DNA from: Nageia nagi
Lineage: Eukaryota; Plantae; Pinophyta
Assembly (NCBI GenBank): GCA_050084985.1
Contig: JBITNC010000001.1
Coordinates: forward strand, 98,704,001 to 98,768,000
Length of the DNA stretch: 64,000 bases
Direction of reading: 5' to 3'
Position numbers and translations under genes: made by a program. How positions within the stretch are numbered: position 1 is the stretch's first letter; each line of letters starts with the position of its first letter. Positions 13,401-25,295 of this stretch are shown piece by piece. Under the pieces are notes generated by a model, which saw only the letters and a program-made list of their open reading frames with translations, did no database searches and was not told the origin of the DNA.

Positions 13401-14789
13401 GATTGAGCCGTTTACCGAGAGTACAGTGCCTGAGTTTGATCTGAGGAGTAAGTTTTGTGGGTTGGGAAGGAGAGGTAGTGTAAGGAGTTTTTCTCACTGC
13501 AGAACTCCTGGGAGTGTGCATACTGGCCATACCAGAGAGCCGCAGGGGGCTACAGAATGCGGCAGAGTGCAGTGCAGGGCTGTGGAGTGCAGCGCGGGGA
13601 TAGTGGTTGGGAGTAGACGTGGTTGGGCGTGGATTGTGCGGTTGGGCACAGGGTGTGTGGCTGTTGGGCATGGGAGGCAGGAGGCATGGGGTGCTAGAGG
13701 TGCAGGTGGCATGGGCTATGTGGCTAGGGTGCGTTAGGCGTTGGCGAGGTGGTTGGGCGTTGAGTTGGGGCACAGGAGGCACTTGCGCGGTGGTTGGGCT
13801 TGGCAGTGGGGTGCTGGCGTGGTGGGGCACGGGAGGTGTGGGATGCAAAGGATGGGATTGGGTCTTGGGAATTTCACTTAAGTGAAGTGGCTAAATAATT
13901 TGTTGGTGAAGCAAAGAAGGTTTCAAGCATGATGCATAAATATACATGCTAAGTCTAAAAAGAAAGCCTGTGCTTGCCATTGTAAGAATGGTTACATTAA
14001 GGATCATTGTTGGGCGTTTCATATAAAGTTAATTATTGAGAAAGAAGTCAGAAGTTTCTGATGTCTGGTATTGTGCTATACATGTCAGTCAAGCCTTCAA
14101 AGCAAATCTTCAACCTTAGAAGGTGGTATTTTGGCAAAAGTAGATGGAGTGGAGGCCAAATTGTAACAATTGAGCTTGTACAACAATAAACATTACATCC
14201 CAATCCCACACTTGATATCATAATAGAAGTAACTAATAGCAGCACAAGCAATACAACCAAGGAATTAATGACATAACTATATACATATTTACCAAATTCA
14301 AACTAATATAATATTAGTTTGCAATGAATGACGATGAAACGATCCTAGAATTGTTGCCAGTTTGAGGGGATGACCTCCCAAGTATTTGGAAATAACAATT
14401 AAGATATAAATTCACAATGATGATTACGGGTATAGTCTCTATTCCTATTTATAGAAAATCTAGCTAATGTAATAATCCCTATGCTCCATAGTCAACTATC
14501 CATGTGATAAGGCTATGGCCATTGTAATTAAAGATAGATGTGCAATTATGCTAAGGTCATTACTTGTCTTCCATTGAAAAGCTTTATCCTTAAAGGTTGC
14601 AGCTGTGGAAAGTCCTTAAGAATAACATCTGCTTCCTAGGTTGCACCTTGTTTAGGTAGGTCCTTCCATTTGATAAGTAATTTCTTGAATTTTTGGGTCC
14701 TTAGCTTTTTTGATAGCTCATCCAAACTAGCTTCTAGTTTTAGTGTAATCTTCCCCTCTTCATCAAGTTATGGAAGTTTTGTTGATGCT

Positions 14790-15510
14790 TGAATCTTTTT
14801 ACCTTGTACTTTGTTTAAGACAAGCAACATGAAATAAATGCTGTATTTTTGAAGATCTTGGTACTTCTAGTTGGTAGGGAACTTGTTCAATCCTTTTAAG
14901 TACTTTATATGGTTCGTAGAACTTGGATGCTAGCTTTTATTTGATATTTGTTTCAATGATGTCAGTTTATATGGTTAAAGTTGAAAGAACACCATATCAC
15001 CTTTATTGAAGCTTCTTGTTGTTTTGTGTTGGTCCACTTGTTGTTTCATGTAATTTTGGACTTGGTGAAGGCTATCCTTGTGTAGGGAGACCACCTCTTG
15101 TCAATGTTGTAGGCTTGTAGCATACTACCCATTTCAATAACCTTTGGTGACCCTAGAATTAGTCAATCAATGCAGGATGTTTTGGACAATAAAGTGCCTC
15201 GTATGTATAATATGTTGTACCATCATTCTACAAGGGGAAGCCACTTGATCCATCATGCCTGTTTATCAGATGTAAAACATCTCATGTATGTTTCTAAACA
15301 TTTGTTGACTAGTTTTGTTTGGCCATCAGGTGGTATAGGTAGAACTTGTATAAAACTTTACTTGCCATGAGAAAATGGGCGTATTTAGATAACCTAACCA
15401 CCACAGCAAGTATTATTATTTTTGCTTTTGATTTGGGCAATCCTTCAATAAAATCCATTGAAATATCAGATGATTGCTTATATGAGATGAATATGGATCA
15501 TGATAATCTA
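14790..15510 (-). pseudogene. Ty3/gypsy integrase relic
   Basis: Fragments DFIEGLPKS..VVVRLSKYAHF, DGQTKLVNKCLETY, WIKWLPLVE, KDSLHQVQNYMKQQVDQH, KKLASKFYEPYKVLKRI in shifting frames. Confidence 0.75.
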
Positions 15511-16906
15511 GGTGTTTTTACTATTTCTCCTTTGATTGTTTGGCATACATTACATTCTTCCATAATTTCCTTTACATCTTGTTTGAGTCCATTGCAAAAA
15601 AAGGAGATCCATGTAGGTCATGAAGAACGAATTTTGGATGTTTTTCCAAAATAAATCCTGTTATTGAATTCGGGGATCTCGTTTTTCCATTCAAACCCTT
15701 TTAGGTTCTTTATGTACTCTTGTTGCTTAGTTAGTGAATGTGTTTACTATAGTTGGGGCTTCTTCCCATTCATTTTGTATTTGTTCTATTTATGTTGGTG
15801 CTAGGGTGATATGGCATGTAGAGATCCATGTTTCTCTTGCATTCTGGATAGTGCATTTCCACAACCTTCTTATTTCTTTTTTTGTATTAAATCTTGAAGT
15901 CATACCCAAGCATGTTGGTGGCCCATTTATGTTCCTCCATACAAGATAGACGTTGTTCCAAAAATATTTCAGGTTCACTATGGTCCATTTTGATTGTGTA
16001 GTGTTTTTCCATCAAGTAAGGTCTTCATTTTTGAACTGCATGAAAGAATAGCCATTGTTTCTATGCACATGAAATGTCGACCAGATGCAATGAGCATCCA
16101 TCTTTCTGACTAATGTTGAAAAGGGGATGCGATAATAATTACGATTAATATACAAGATAAAAAATTAAGAAAGTACAGTTATTGATTTCGTTAAAAAGTT
16201 AAGAATGATAGTACAGTCATTGATTTCGTTCGAAGTGGATCCTGGAGCAGACAATTAATAGTCCTTTGTTCCAATGAAAGTGGTTGCATTGAGATTGTGA
16301 CAATATTAAGCAAAGATACAAATCATTAGTTTCATATATATGATATCTAAAATATAATGCATTCATGCAATGATGCTTCTAAATGTATAACTGAAAGATG
16401 TAAACACTTTGCAAAAGAAACTTGAACTATTATCATAATGATGCTTGGCATAATAATGAGAGTGCGTCGTACACTATTATTTCAATATATATAAGAATTT
16501 GATCATAAACTGCATAATAAATAATTAAATAAAAAATATTGATTTGCAAACTAGTCTTACCGCTGCAGTTGAAATGCGAACATGTTAAGTCTCTCTCTAT
16601 GATTGGAGGAATCAAATGCATATCTGGAAGGATAATTTCAAGTAAGTGAAGTTGTTTAGAGATCTAGGAAGATCTATGTATTTTTCAAGGAGTTGTTGAG
16701 CAGGAAGCACTTAACAAATTGCAAGAAATTAAATTCAATGAAAATACTCATGATCATTCAGGGATTTCGATAAGAACATACTAGGATTATGAAAAGAATG
16801 TAGGCTGGATAGGAAAGGCAAATTGCCTTTTTAAAGGGGGAAAGGAGGAAGTTAGATGGGTTCTGGAATAGTTTATGGAAATTATAAAACCAAAGAGGTC
16901 ATTTCA

Positions 16907-19362
16907 TGTTACGATCCTAATGGACCATATATAGATTATGGCCTACTCCTACAAAAATACACTAATTCTACACTAAGGAATCACTTGCACCGTTTCGAGG
17001 GGGGCACCTCCTTGAGAATCACTTCTCACATAAAAATCAAATCATTCTTCTTCTTTTTTTTTTTTGTAATAATAGGGAAACCCCCTATAAATAGCTTTTA
17101 CACGTAAGTAACCCCAATATGGGACTAAATATAAGTACTATTCCTAATACATGTTATGGGGTCATAACATTGCCACCCCTTAAGGAAGCTTTGTCCTCAA
17201 AGCTTCTACACATCACACATTAACAAAATGTAATACAAACCACACATCTAATCTACTAAGGGGAGTCATAACATTCTTACCCCCTTCAACAAGCTTTGTC
17301 CTTAAAGCTTGCCAAAAATACAAAGTACATATATAATCTGTCCATGAATAACAAAGATAAGAGGGAACCAAGGAATCCAACTTGGCCATAGTAACCAACA
17401 TTGCGTCAAAGCTGAACATGATCCCATCTATGTATCAAAACTCCATTCCAATGAAGATGATGCTGATGTTGAGGAGGGAACAAAAAGAAGGATCTAGAAG
17501 AATCCATAAAGAAGGCACCATATTGTTGCTACTGCACTGAATAGTCTTGCAGTGGTTGCACGAAGAAAACATGCGACCCAAGATCATCCATAGTAATGTA
17601 AGTGAGAGGAAGATGCTCACACTCTAAAACTTGCTCCAATGGACTCAAACACTCGTAAGCCACATCATCCGTATGGATACAAAGTGGAGGAAGGGCCTCA
17701 TACTCCTTAATGGGTCCACTAGCTCCACACCATCTGTACTAAGATAAGTGAGAGGAATGTCCTCACACTCTACAATAGGGTCCATTGGCGCCACATCATC
17801 CATACTGATATAAGTGAGATGAAGGTCCTCACACTCTTCAACAAGGTCCACTGGCTCCACATGGATGTCATCATGAATCATAATAGGTTGTGGATATGCA
17901 AGTATAGCCTCTGCTAAATTGGCCAGTGAATATGCATCTCTTAGAGTTGGTGGATTAAACATGACTACATTCTTGTTGACTTCTGCCTTAAGCCGTTAGT
18001 GAATAAATGAAGAGCTAATTTCTCATCCATCACATAGTCATCACAAAAATCCTCAATCTTCAATATAATAATGCAAGAATCAATATGAAATGGTAGAGCA
18101 ATAGTATCCATCATCATTTTTTTTTTTTTTACTTTTTTTCTTAACTAATCTAAATATCCTAAATTAGAGTGTCCAATAGGTCTTATTCACAACCTCAAAG
18201 AGGACCTCTTTACAAGAAATTGAAAAAATGGAAAAAATAGTGCAATATGGAGACGTCCCAAAAGGTCACAACACAAAGCTCTCATATTTATATAACAATC
18301 TAGACCATCACATACACAAGAAATGCCCTCCAAGGATAGACATCCAAATTCGATGCTGATGATGATGCAGAATTACAGCAAGGAAACCTTCAAATGCCAT
18401 AACGTCTGCTACAGGTCTTCGATTGATGCCAATGATACATCGTTGGAAAGATCTTGATGAGAGCATGCAAAACGAATGGTCACATGACCCCCTTTGGACC
18501 AATAATGAACCATCAAAAGCCAAAATACGAAACACACGTCCTTGAAAAAATTAAAGACGAAACTCCACAAAATGAAATGATGACATTGCAGCTCTAAGCC
18601 TTCCAATCTCTGATTAAACCCTCTTAACATGCAATTTATCCTTAATATTGGATGATTTTGGTGTGAAAACCCCAAATACCTGTAAGCCCTTATTTAATCC
18701 TAAAAAAACTCGCACATTTTGGATCTCGCCCCTTTTGATCCAGACAACTAGATCTGTGGATGTTAGGATTTCTTTCTACCTGGCTGCTCTTGCACCACTT
18801 TTCTTCCAAGGCCTTACTCCTGCACCTTAAAAACCAGATCCAACCACCCTTACCACTTGCTTCATGGGATCTACCTCCAAACACCCATGCACAACCTCGA
18901 ATCCTCTCAGGACATCTTCTGCCAACAAAATTGTTGCTCATGCGTTCTCTACTCGGATCTGATTTCACTCACGGAATTCTACTCCAGATCTCCTATAAAT
19001 CTACCAAAAAGACAAAATGGGTCTGCATTTCAGAAATCCGCCCATAAAATCCAAGATCACTCAAAACTCCAAAACCACTCAACACACAAAATTGCTCACA
19101 AAACTACCCACACGAGCCAAAATCGAAGCTCTGATACCAGATGGTACGATCCTAATGGATCGTAAATAGATTATGGCTTACTCTTACAAAAATACACTAA
19201 TTCTACACTAAGGAATCACTTGCACCGCTTCGAAGGGGCACCTCCTTGAGAATCACTTCTCACATAAAAATCAAATGGCTTTTACACATAAGTAACCCAC
19301 TGCATAGTGCCTATGGGATTAAACATAAGTACTATTCCTAATACATGTTATGGTTGATAAAA
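16907..19362 (-). mobile_element. complete non-autonomous gypsy-derived LTR element (2456 bp)
   Basis: LTRs 16907-17169 and 19142-19362; TSD TTTCA at 16902-16906 and 19363-19367; PBS TGGTATCAGAGC (+ strand gctctgatacca ~19128-19139); PPT AAGGGGTGG next to 17170; gag remnant MFNPPTLRDAYSLA; no pol. Confidence 0.9.
17560..17870. repeat. degenerate ~65-70 bp tandem repeat in the element's internal region
   Basis: Repeated AAGTGAGA(G/T)GAA..TCCTCACACTCT..GGTCCA(C/T)T units, translating to repeated PMDPIVECEDIPLTYLS-like peptides. Confidence 0.65.
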
Positions 19363-20169
19363 TTTCAGGACCAATAAAATAAAAAGAAGTCTAGTATTTT
19401 TTTTTAGAATATTTAAAATGATAGTGTGTGGAATGCTAATGTTTATGGTGCACTATAATTTGCACATGTAGTGCTGATGTAATAAATAGGACAGATTTAT
19501 TTAGTGTCTGTTTTGGCGAGGACAAAGTGGGTAGGGATCAAAATAGCTGGTCCTTTTATGGGTATTTATAATTTCTATATATGTAGATTTGTCAAAGTTT
19601 TTTCTTCATAGTTGTTAACTTTCAAATGCTAAGGGATAGCTCTTGCATTAATACAACATCAGTTTTATTTCCTGATGCATCACATTCTATCACAAAAGTT
19701 CTGTTGAAGTATGGAATGGCTAGAATTTGTGTCATCCATATAGCTTGTTTGGGTTTGTTAAATGCTATTGTGATCGTTTTTGATCATGTGGATGTTAGAT
19801 TATGCTACTAAGTGTGTAAGCATTAGCAACCGAAAACTCATTCATATCAATCAAAATATATCGAAGATGGATGCCAAATCATCTTCCATGTTATCAAAAT
19901 GAGTTCAGTATGAAGAACCTGTTGTGATTAGCACAACACATCTTGGGAAACCTTAGTGACTTTTGTCTATGCAAGGTTATGTCCATATCATGTCTTTCTT
20001 AAAGCTTTACCATTGGTTATCATGTCTATCATCCCAAACCTGAGTGTTATGACTCACCTAGTCTTAGCCATGTTACACCAAGCTCAAAATTTCGAAGAAA
20101 ATGACCAAGTCTGGAAATGAGGAGTTGAGTCCAAGCTAGTGCAAGCAAAACTGGCTACCCCGAGTCCCA

Positions 20170-21013
20170 ACACATGTCTCAAAAAGACAAAATTGCTTTT
20201 AGGGCATGCAATTGGATCCACCAGTCGCTTGGGTTGAGATGAAGTGCAAAGGAAGCCAACTGGAGCATTCTAAGGCCCAATATATGTCTTCAAAAGACAA
20301 GTTTTTGTCTTTTTCTGGCATGCGCTCAATTAGGAAGTGGGACAAATTGAAATGTTGCGATAAAAGGCCAATTTGGCTCTCCCAGGGACCAACACATGGT
20401 TCAAAAAGACAAGATTTTGTCTTGTTGGGGCATGCGACTGGGGGAGAAGGCCGTCCAGGTCGAGCTTAAAGCAAAATTTGGCTAAGGCATGAACTTTCAA
20501 AGTTAGTATCTGGAACAAGTAGGTCCAAGAGGGCAGGCACATGATTTCAAAAGACAAAAATTTGATTTCTTGTGGCATGCGCCTAGCCAAGGGAGAGTCT
20601 GTGTGGATGAAAATGGTGAAATTCTGCTAAGTCCAACCCACTAAAGCTCGTAAATAGGTCAAACAAAGCAAAAGGAAGCCAGCGCATGCCCAAAAAAGAC
20701 AAAATTGACTTTTTGAGGCACATGCCCAAAAGAGGGTGACTGGGAAGGTTGGCGCATGTCTCCAAAAGACAATTTTTTCTTTCTAGAGCATGCGCCTGGC
20801 CTATGAAGGGCCTTGGAAGAGTTCGAAGTGTAATTTTGATGAGCTTAAGCCCTAGAAAAGACAAATCTGGAATAATTAAAGGTCAGAAGATGGGCGCAAG
20901 ATCAAAATGGACGAGTTGAAGAGTTGGGATAACTTGCATCCAAAGTTCAAGAGACTCCAAGTTGAGCGCATGATCCAAAAAGACAAAATCTTCTGTTTTT
21001 TGGGCATGCGCTC
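20170..21013. repeat. array of 7-8 palindromic ~45-bp repeats with spacers (unit A)
   Basis: GCGCATG-N3-4-AAAAGACAA...TTGTCTTTT-N-CATGCGC; first CATG (or variant) at 20173, 20283, 20395, 20540, 20685, 20755, (20897), 20969. Confidence 0.85.
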
Positions 21014-21170
21014 ACCTTGAAAGTTCCTTGACTCCCTTGCGTTGAGCAACAGGCTTCAAATTTTCAATTTCCAAGACGACATACATCGCTAGGTCGGCCA
21101 TTTGGACGGGTTAAAATTGTATTTCTCATGAATATGGTCAACTAAGGTTGAGGAAAACCTAATTTTGTGC

Positions 21171-21178
21171 TATAAATA
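21171..21178 (+). promoter_or_regulatory. TATA box upstream of unit ORF
   Basis: CTATAAATA at the equivalent position in A (21171), C (35181), D (40865) and G (55144). Confidence 0.65.
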
Positions 21179-23303
21179 CAAGAAGGAATGCCTCATTTTC
21201 TCAAATGAAAACCATTTCCTTCATTTTTTCGCCAGAATGAGAGGAAAGAGTAGAATTAGGGTTCGAATTTGCTTCATCATCTTTCTAAGCTTGTGTGGGT
21301 GGCTAGGAAGCAAGGCTAGGGCATTGATTATGAATGTCACTTCCAAGGGGGTTTGCGCATCACTTTAGTAGACACTATTCTTCCATTCAGCAACCTCTAA
21401 GATGACTAGCTTGAGGAGTAGTGTTGCTAAGGAGAGTGCTAGGGAGCTTGAAAGGCTAAAGCAAGATAGTATCATTCCGATATGCGAGAGGCAAGAGCTC
21501 TTGGAGCAAGGGGCTAGGTTTTCGAGGAATGGATTTGCCACCATCGAGGATACAGATTGGCAAAAGGTTGACCCAATTTAGATAAGAGAAAAAATTCATG
21601 GCATAGAAGTAGGTGTGTTGAGGAAGGATGTTGTTTCTTCTCCGGCTCGCAACAACCACATCCCTCCCATTTGTAGTTCCTTTCCTAGAACTATGCATTG
21701 AAGTGAGCTAGCATTGGAAGAAGGGTGAAAGGGTACTAAGGGACATCAAGGGGGATGCCCCTTAGTACCTGAAGCAATCAAGAAGGCATTTTAGTGGACA
21801 AGAGAGGGAAATTTTGAGTAAAGTGAAGCAAAATCACTAGTCGACTACCAGTCCACTAATAGAGCAGCAATCACGATTAGAGATTGGATGCTTGAAGAGC
21901 ATCATGGTTTGAAAGGCAATGCTCTCATCAACGCTCCACGCAACAACTTCTATCCCTTCGTGGATATGATGATATTGATGTTGTCCAGATTGCTCAAAAA
22001 AGAGGATGGTACAAAGTTTAGAAAATAGTTCTTTGGCTTCATCATTGAGATATCAAGGGAAAAGAGGATCAAATGGAGCAAGGTATTGAGTGACACCATT
22101 GCCAAGTAGCTGTCATCAATGGGCACCTCCAGTAAGTTTTACATGAATTCATACTTGGTGTACTTGCTGCTTCACGACAAGAATAGACCAACAAAACTTG
22201 GAGAGGTGGCCATGATCTAAAAAGGGACCTATGCCATATGGAAGTGTTATCCCAAGCGGAAGGTTGAAAGATGGATAGCTTCTTCATGAGGAATGATGGA
22301 TGGGAGTATGAGATGTACAAAGAATTGAAGGGTGAAATCACTATTTCTAGGATCTTAAACTCGGCTCACAATGCCTTGAAGAAGCATGGGGACTTCTTCA
22401 TCCATCATCAACACTACTCCTATATCAGGATCTATGGGTCAATCGTGGAGCCATACCAACTACCTAGGTATGTTAGTAACAAATTAATCATAATGGAGAT
22501 GATGAGACAAATGGCTTTCTTGGATGAGCATGTATGGCATAAGAAATCGGCCACCACTAACTTGTTGGTCATAGTAGGGGAGTATCAATGTAGATCTTGG
22601 GCAGATGTGGACACCATGAAAGAGGAGTTGGAGAAATACCACTTCAAGAAAATGAATTTTGTAGACCACTATGAACTGGAGCATAAGATCCACAACTTCT
22701 ATATGAAGGAATGAAAGAGGGCTTATGAGCATAAGCCACTTGGAGTTGAGGAGCTGTTTAGCAACGTGAGTAGTGAAGTGGAGATGTGGAAGCTCCAAAC
22801 TCAATTGCAAGAAGTGGCCAAGAAGCATCAAAAGACATTGGAAGCTAATATAGACAGAAGGTTGCCACATTCCAAGGGAAAAAGACAAGAAGAGTCTACA
22901 TCCGGATTTACACAATATGCCTTGGAAAATGAACTTGTTGGGTAGTACGCTTCTATGTACAAGAGAGACCTTGTAGAGACAGTGGTGGTGCAGGTGAAAG
23001 AAATGGCTGATGCGCATGATGTGCAGGAGTTGGAAGATGTGGCGAAAAACAAAAGAGTGAGGTGTATAAGGAACAAAGAAGAAGATCCATCACCTCCACG
23101 AAGACCTCCTAGAGAGCCAAGCCAACGTCCAGTTGCAGTTGTTCCACCATTTGGTTCCCCATCCTTTAGTACGATGTATGAACCATCACAAGAAGATGGC
23201 CAAGAGGAGGATGATGAGCAAGAAGAGACTCATGGTCATCCCATTCATATCCAAGATGCCCAAGAAGAGGAGTCCTTACGGATTTTGGAAGTATTACATA
23301 AGT

Positions 23304-24515
23304 TGTGACGTCCCATTTGAACCATTGATAAAATGTGTCATGGTCACTTTCTAATCTAGTGTTTGTTTATGGTCTTGTTGTACATGTGTAACTCAAGTAA
23401 GAGCTTATGGTCTGTGGACCCCACTGTGAGCCCAGTAATGGGACATCTCCCCTTGAGTAGTGTTGTATTAGTTTGTAATGGGTTATCCCCGATTGTGGGA
23501 ATCCCTAGATGGGCATGAGTCTTGTACAGTCTAGAGTGAGCAGAAGGATACACCAACATTGGGAGGGTCCCACTTACCCCACGTCAGCTTGAGGAGGTCC
23601 ATAGACCCCACGTCAGCCTTGAGGGCCTTCATCACCCCCACGTTGGCACATTGGGCTTATGGGACCCCCATGTTAGCATACTGGGCCAATATGACCCCCA
23701 CGTTGGCATGGTTGACCTGTTGACCCCAATGTTGGAATAGACTTTGCTTGGGATGATAACGAGGTATGATGGATTGACATGTGAGGTTATATATTGAGGA
23801 TGGAGCTCCATGAGGAGGTTAGCTATTGATTATACTTCTTCTATATAGAACCCGATCGGTATACAAGTCTTGGTGGTGCCTAGCATTATTCCTAAACAAC
23901 GTCTAGAGGGGTGGCAGGGTTAAGAGCTGGCACTCTACGACTTAGGTGTGTCACCTAGTCCATCCGATGGTATTTCGAGGGCGAGCTTCTACCTTCAGTG
24001 GTCACCAAGGTTCGAGGAGGCTCCTTCGCAGGAGAAGATTCAAAGTCTGAGGGAGTGAGTCTCTCCTGTGGTGTTTGGCTTGCAAAGGGTTTGGAACCCT
24101 AGATTGGATATTGAGATCCTCATTGTACTCCATACCATTCCATAATAAAATACAGCTTGTGTCTCTCTCCATTGTGTTGTGCATTGTTTATGTATGTGTG
24201 CGTGTCTCTTGTATACTGGTGTTGGAAGCTTGTTCTAGCTTCCATATTGTTTTGTGTCCCCATCGTTGGTAATTATGTGTTGTGCATTGTTGCTAGAAGG
24301 CATTCGTGGGGTTTGGAGATTGTTGGGGAAGCCCTAGGGGTTGACGTCAACATTGGTGGGATCTCATTTGTTGTTGTGTTATCCGGGAGCCCTAGGAGAC
24401 CCACGTTGGTGCATTGAGGTGTTTGTATGCCCTAGAGGGCAGTCGTTGGATGTTTGAGGGCTGTAAAAGCCCTAGTTTGGTTTGTTTTTATTGAGGGTAA
24501 TTTTGGAACATCACA
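23304..24515. mobile_element. solo LTR (1212 bp) inserted in the unit A ORF
   Basis: TGTGACGTCC...GGAACATCACA termini; perfect TSD TAAGT (23299-23303, 24516-24520); internal ~30-bp CCCCACGTTGGCA repeats at 23575-23735. Confidence 0.88.
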
Positions 24516-24903
24516 TAAGTTCACTTCGTCAAATCATTCCACATCACGAAGATGGGGGAAGAGTTGAGTCTCTGAGTCAGTTCCTAGAAGATTGCAACTG
24601 AAGAGAAATCCACAATCACAACCCTTAGAAGGAGGTGATGAAGAGAATGCCAATGAAGATGTGAGACCACCTAAGAGGCAAAGAACGAATATCACAACCA
24701 CTCAAGAGCCTATTGTTGAGACCCACCAACCTCCACCAAATGATTAGTGGAGCATTGATTTAGATGAGTGCCTTGACATCTTTAACATGGATGTAGGAGA
24801 GGAACTTGAGGATGCCAAAGCTGATGATCAAGTAGGGGAGAACTACACTCGGCCTGAGAAAAGCGAAACATACGAACACATGATCAAGGATGCAGTTCAT
24901 ATC

Positions 24904-25295
24904 AAGATTGTGTACACAAACAAGGCTAACCCACAAAAGCTTGAAGATCTTAAGCAGATAAATAGATAATCAACACAGGCAGTATTGGGATCATCTCCAT
25001 CATAGCCAACATAGATGTGATGACAAAAGATGGGCTAGAAAAGGAGAAAGAAATCAAGAGCCTAAAGAAAGTGTTGGCCGGTCAGAGGAAGTTGACATGA
25101 GAAGATTGTGTACACAAACAAGGCTAACCCACAAAAGCCTGAATATCTTAAGCAGATAAATCAGATAATCAACATAGGCAGTATTGGGATCATCTCCATC
25201 ATAGCCAACATAGATTGATGACAAAAGATGGGCTACAAAAGGAGAAAGAAATCAAGAGCCTAAAGAAAGTGTTGGCCGGTCATAGGAAGTTGGCA
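24904..25295 (+). repeat. ~200-bp tandem duplication in the unit A ORF
   Basis: AAGATTGTGTACACAAACAAGGCTAACCCAC...GTGTTGGCCGGTCA occurs at ~24904 and ~25102. Confidence 0.9.

Larger units (their letters stand above)
9875..13890 (-). mobile_element. non-LTR retrotransposon (LINE), non-L1, RTEX-like; near full length but decayed
   Basis: GC-rich 5' region (13500-13870), coiled-coil ORF1 with NLRVRGLP...IYLDEDLT, APE (IIILGDFNARTG), RT (FVDFKKAFD; GVKQGCSLSPTLFGLYIDDL; LLFADDV; YTYLGVQF) and C-terminal CRLC..EVENEEHLIFRC; ends approximate. Confidence 0.85.

Noticed and set aside
13375-13885. Pro-rich/Gly-rich ORFs on both strands
   Set aside because: Low-complexity GC-rich 5' region of the LINE; not an independent gene.
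19470-19480. AGTGC|TG as the TSD and 3' end of unit B (AGTGC also at 32910-32914)
   Set aside because: The adjacent sequence lacks the family 3' terminus; a 7-bp match in ~10 kb is expected by chance.
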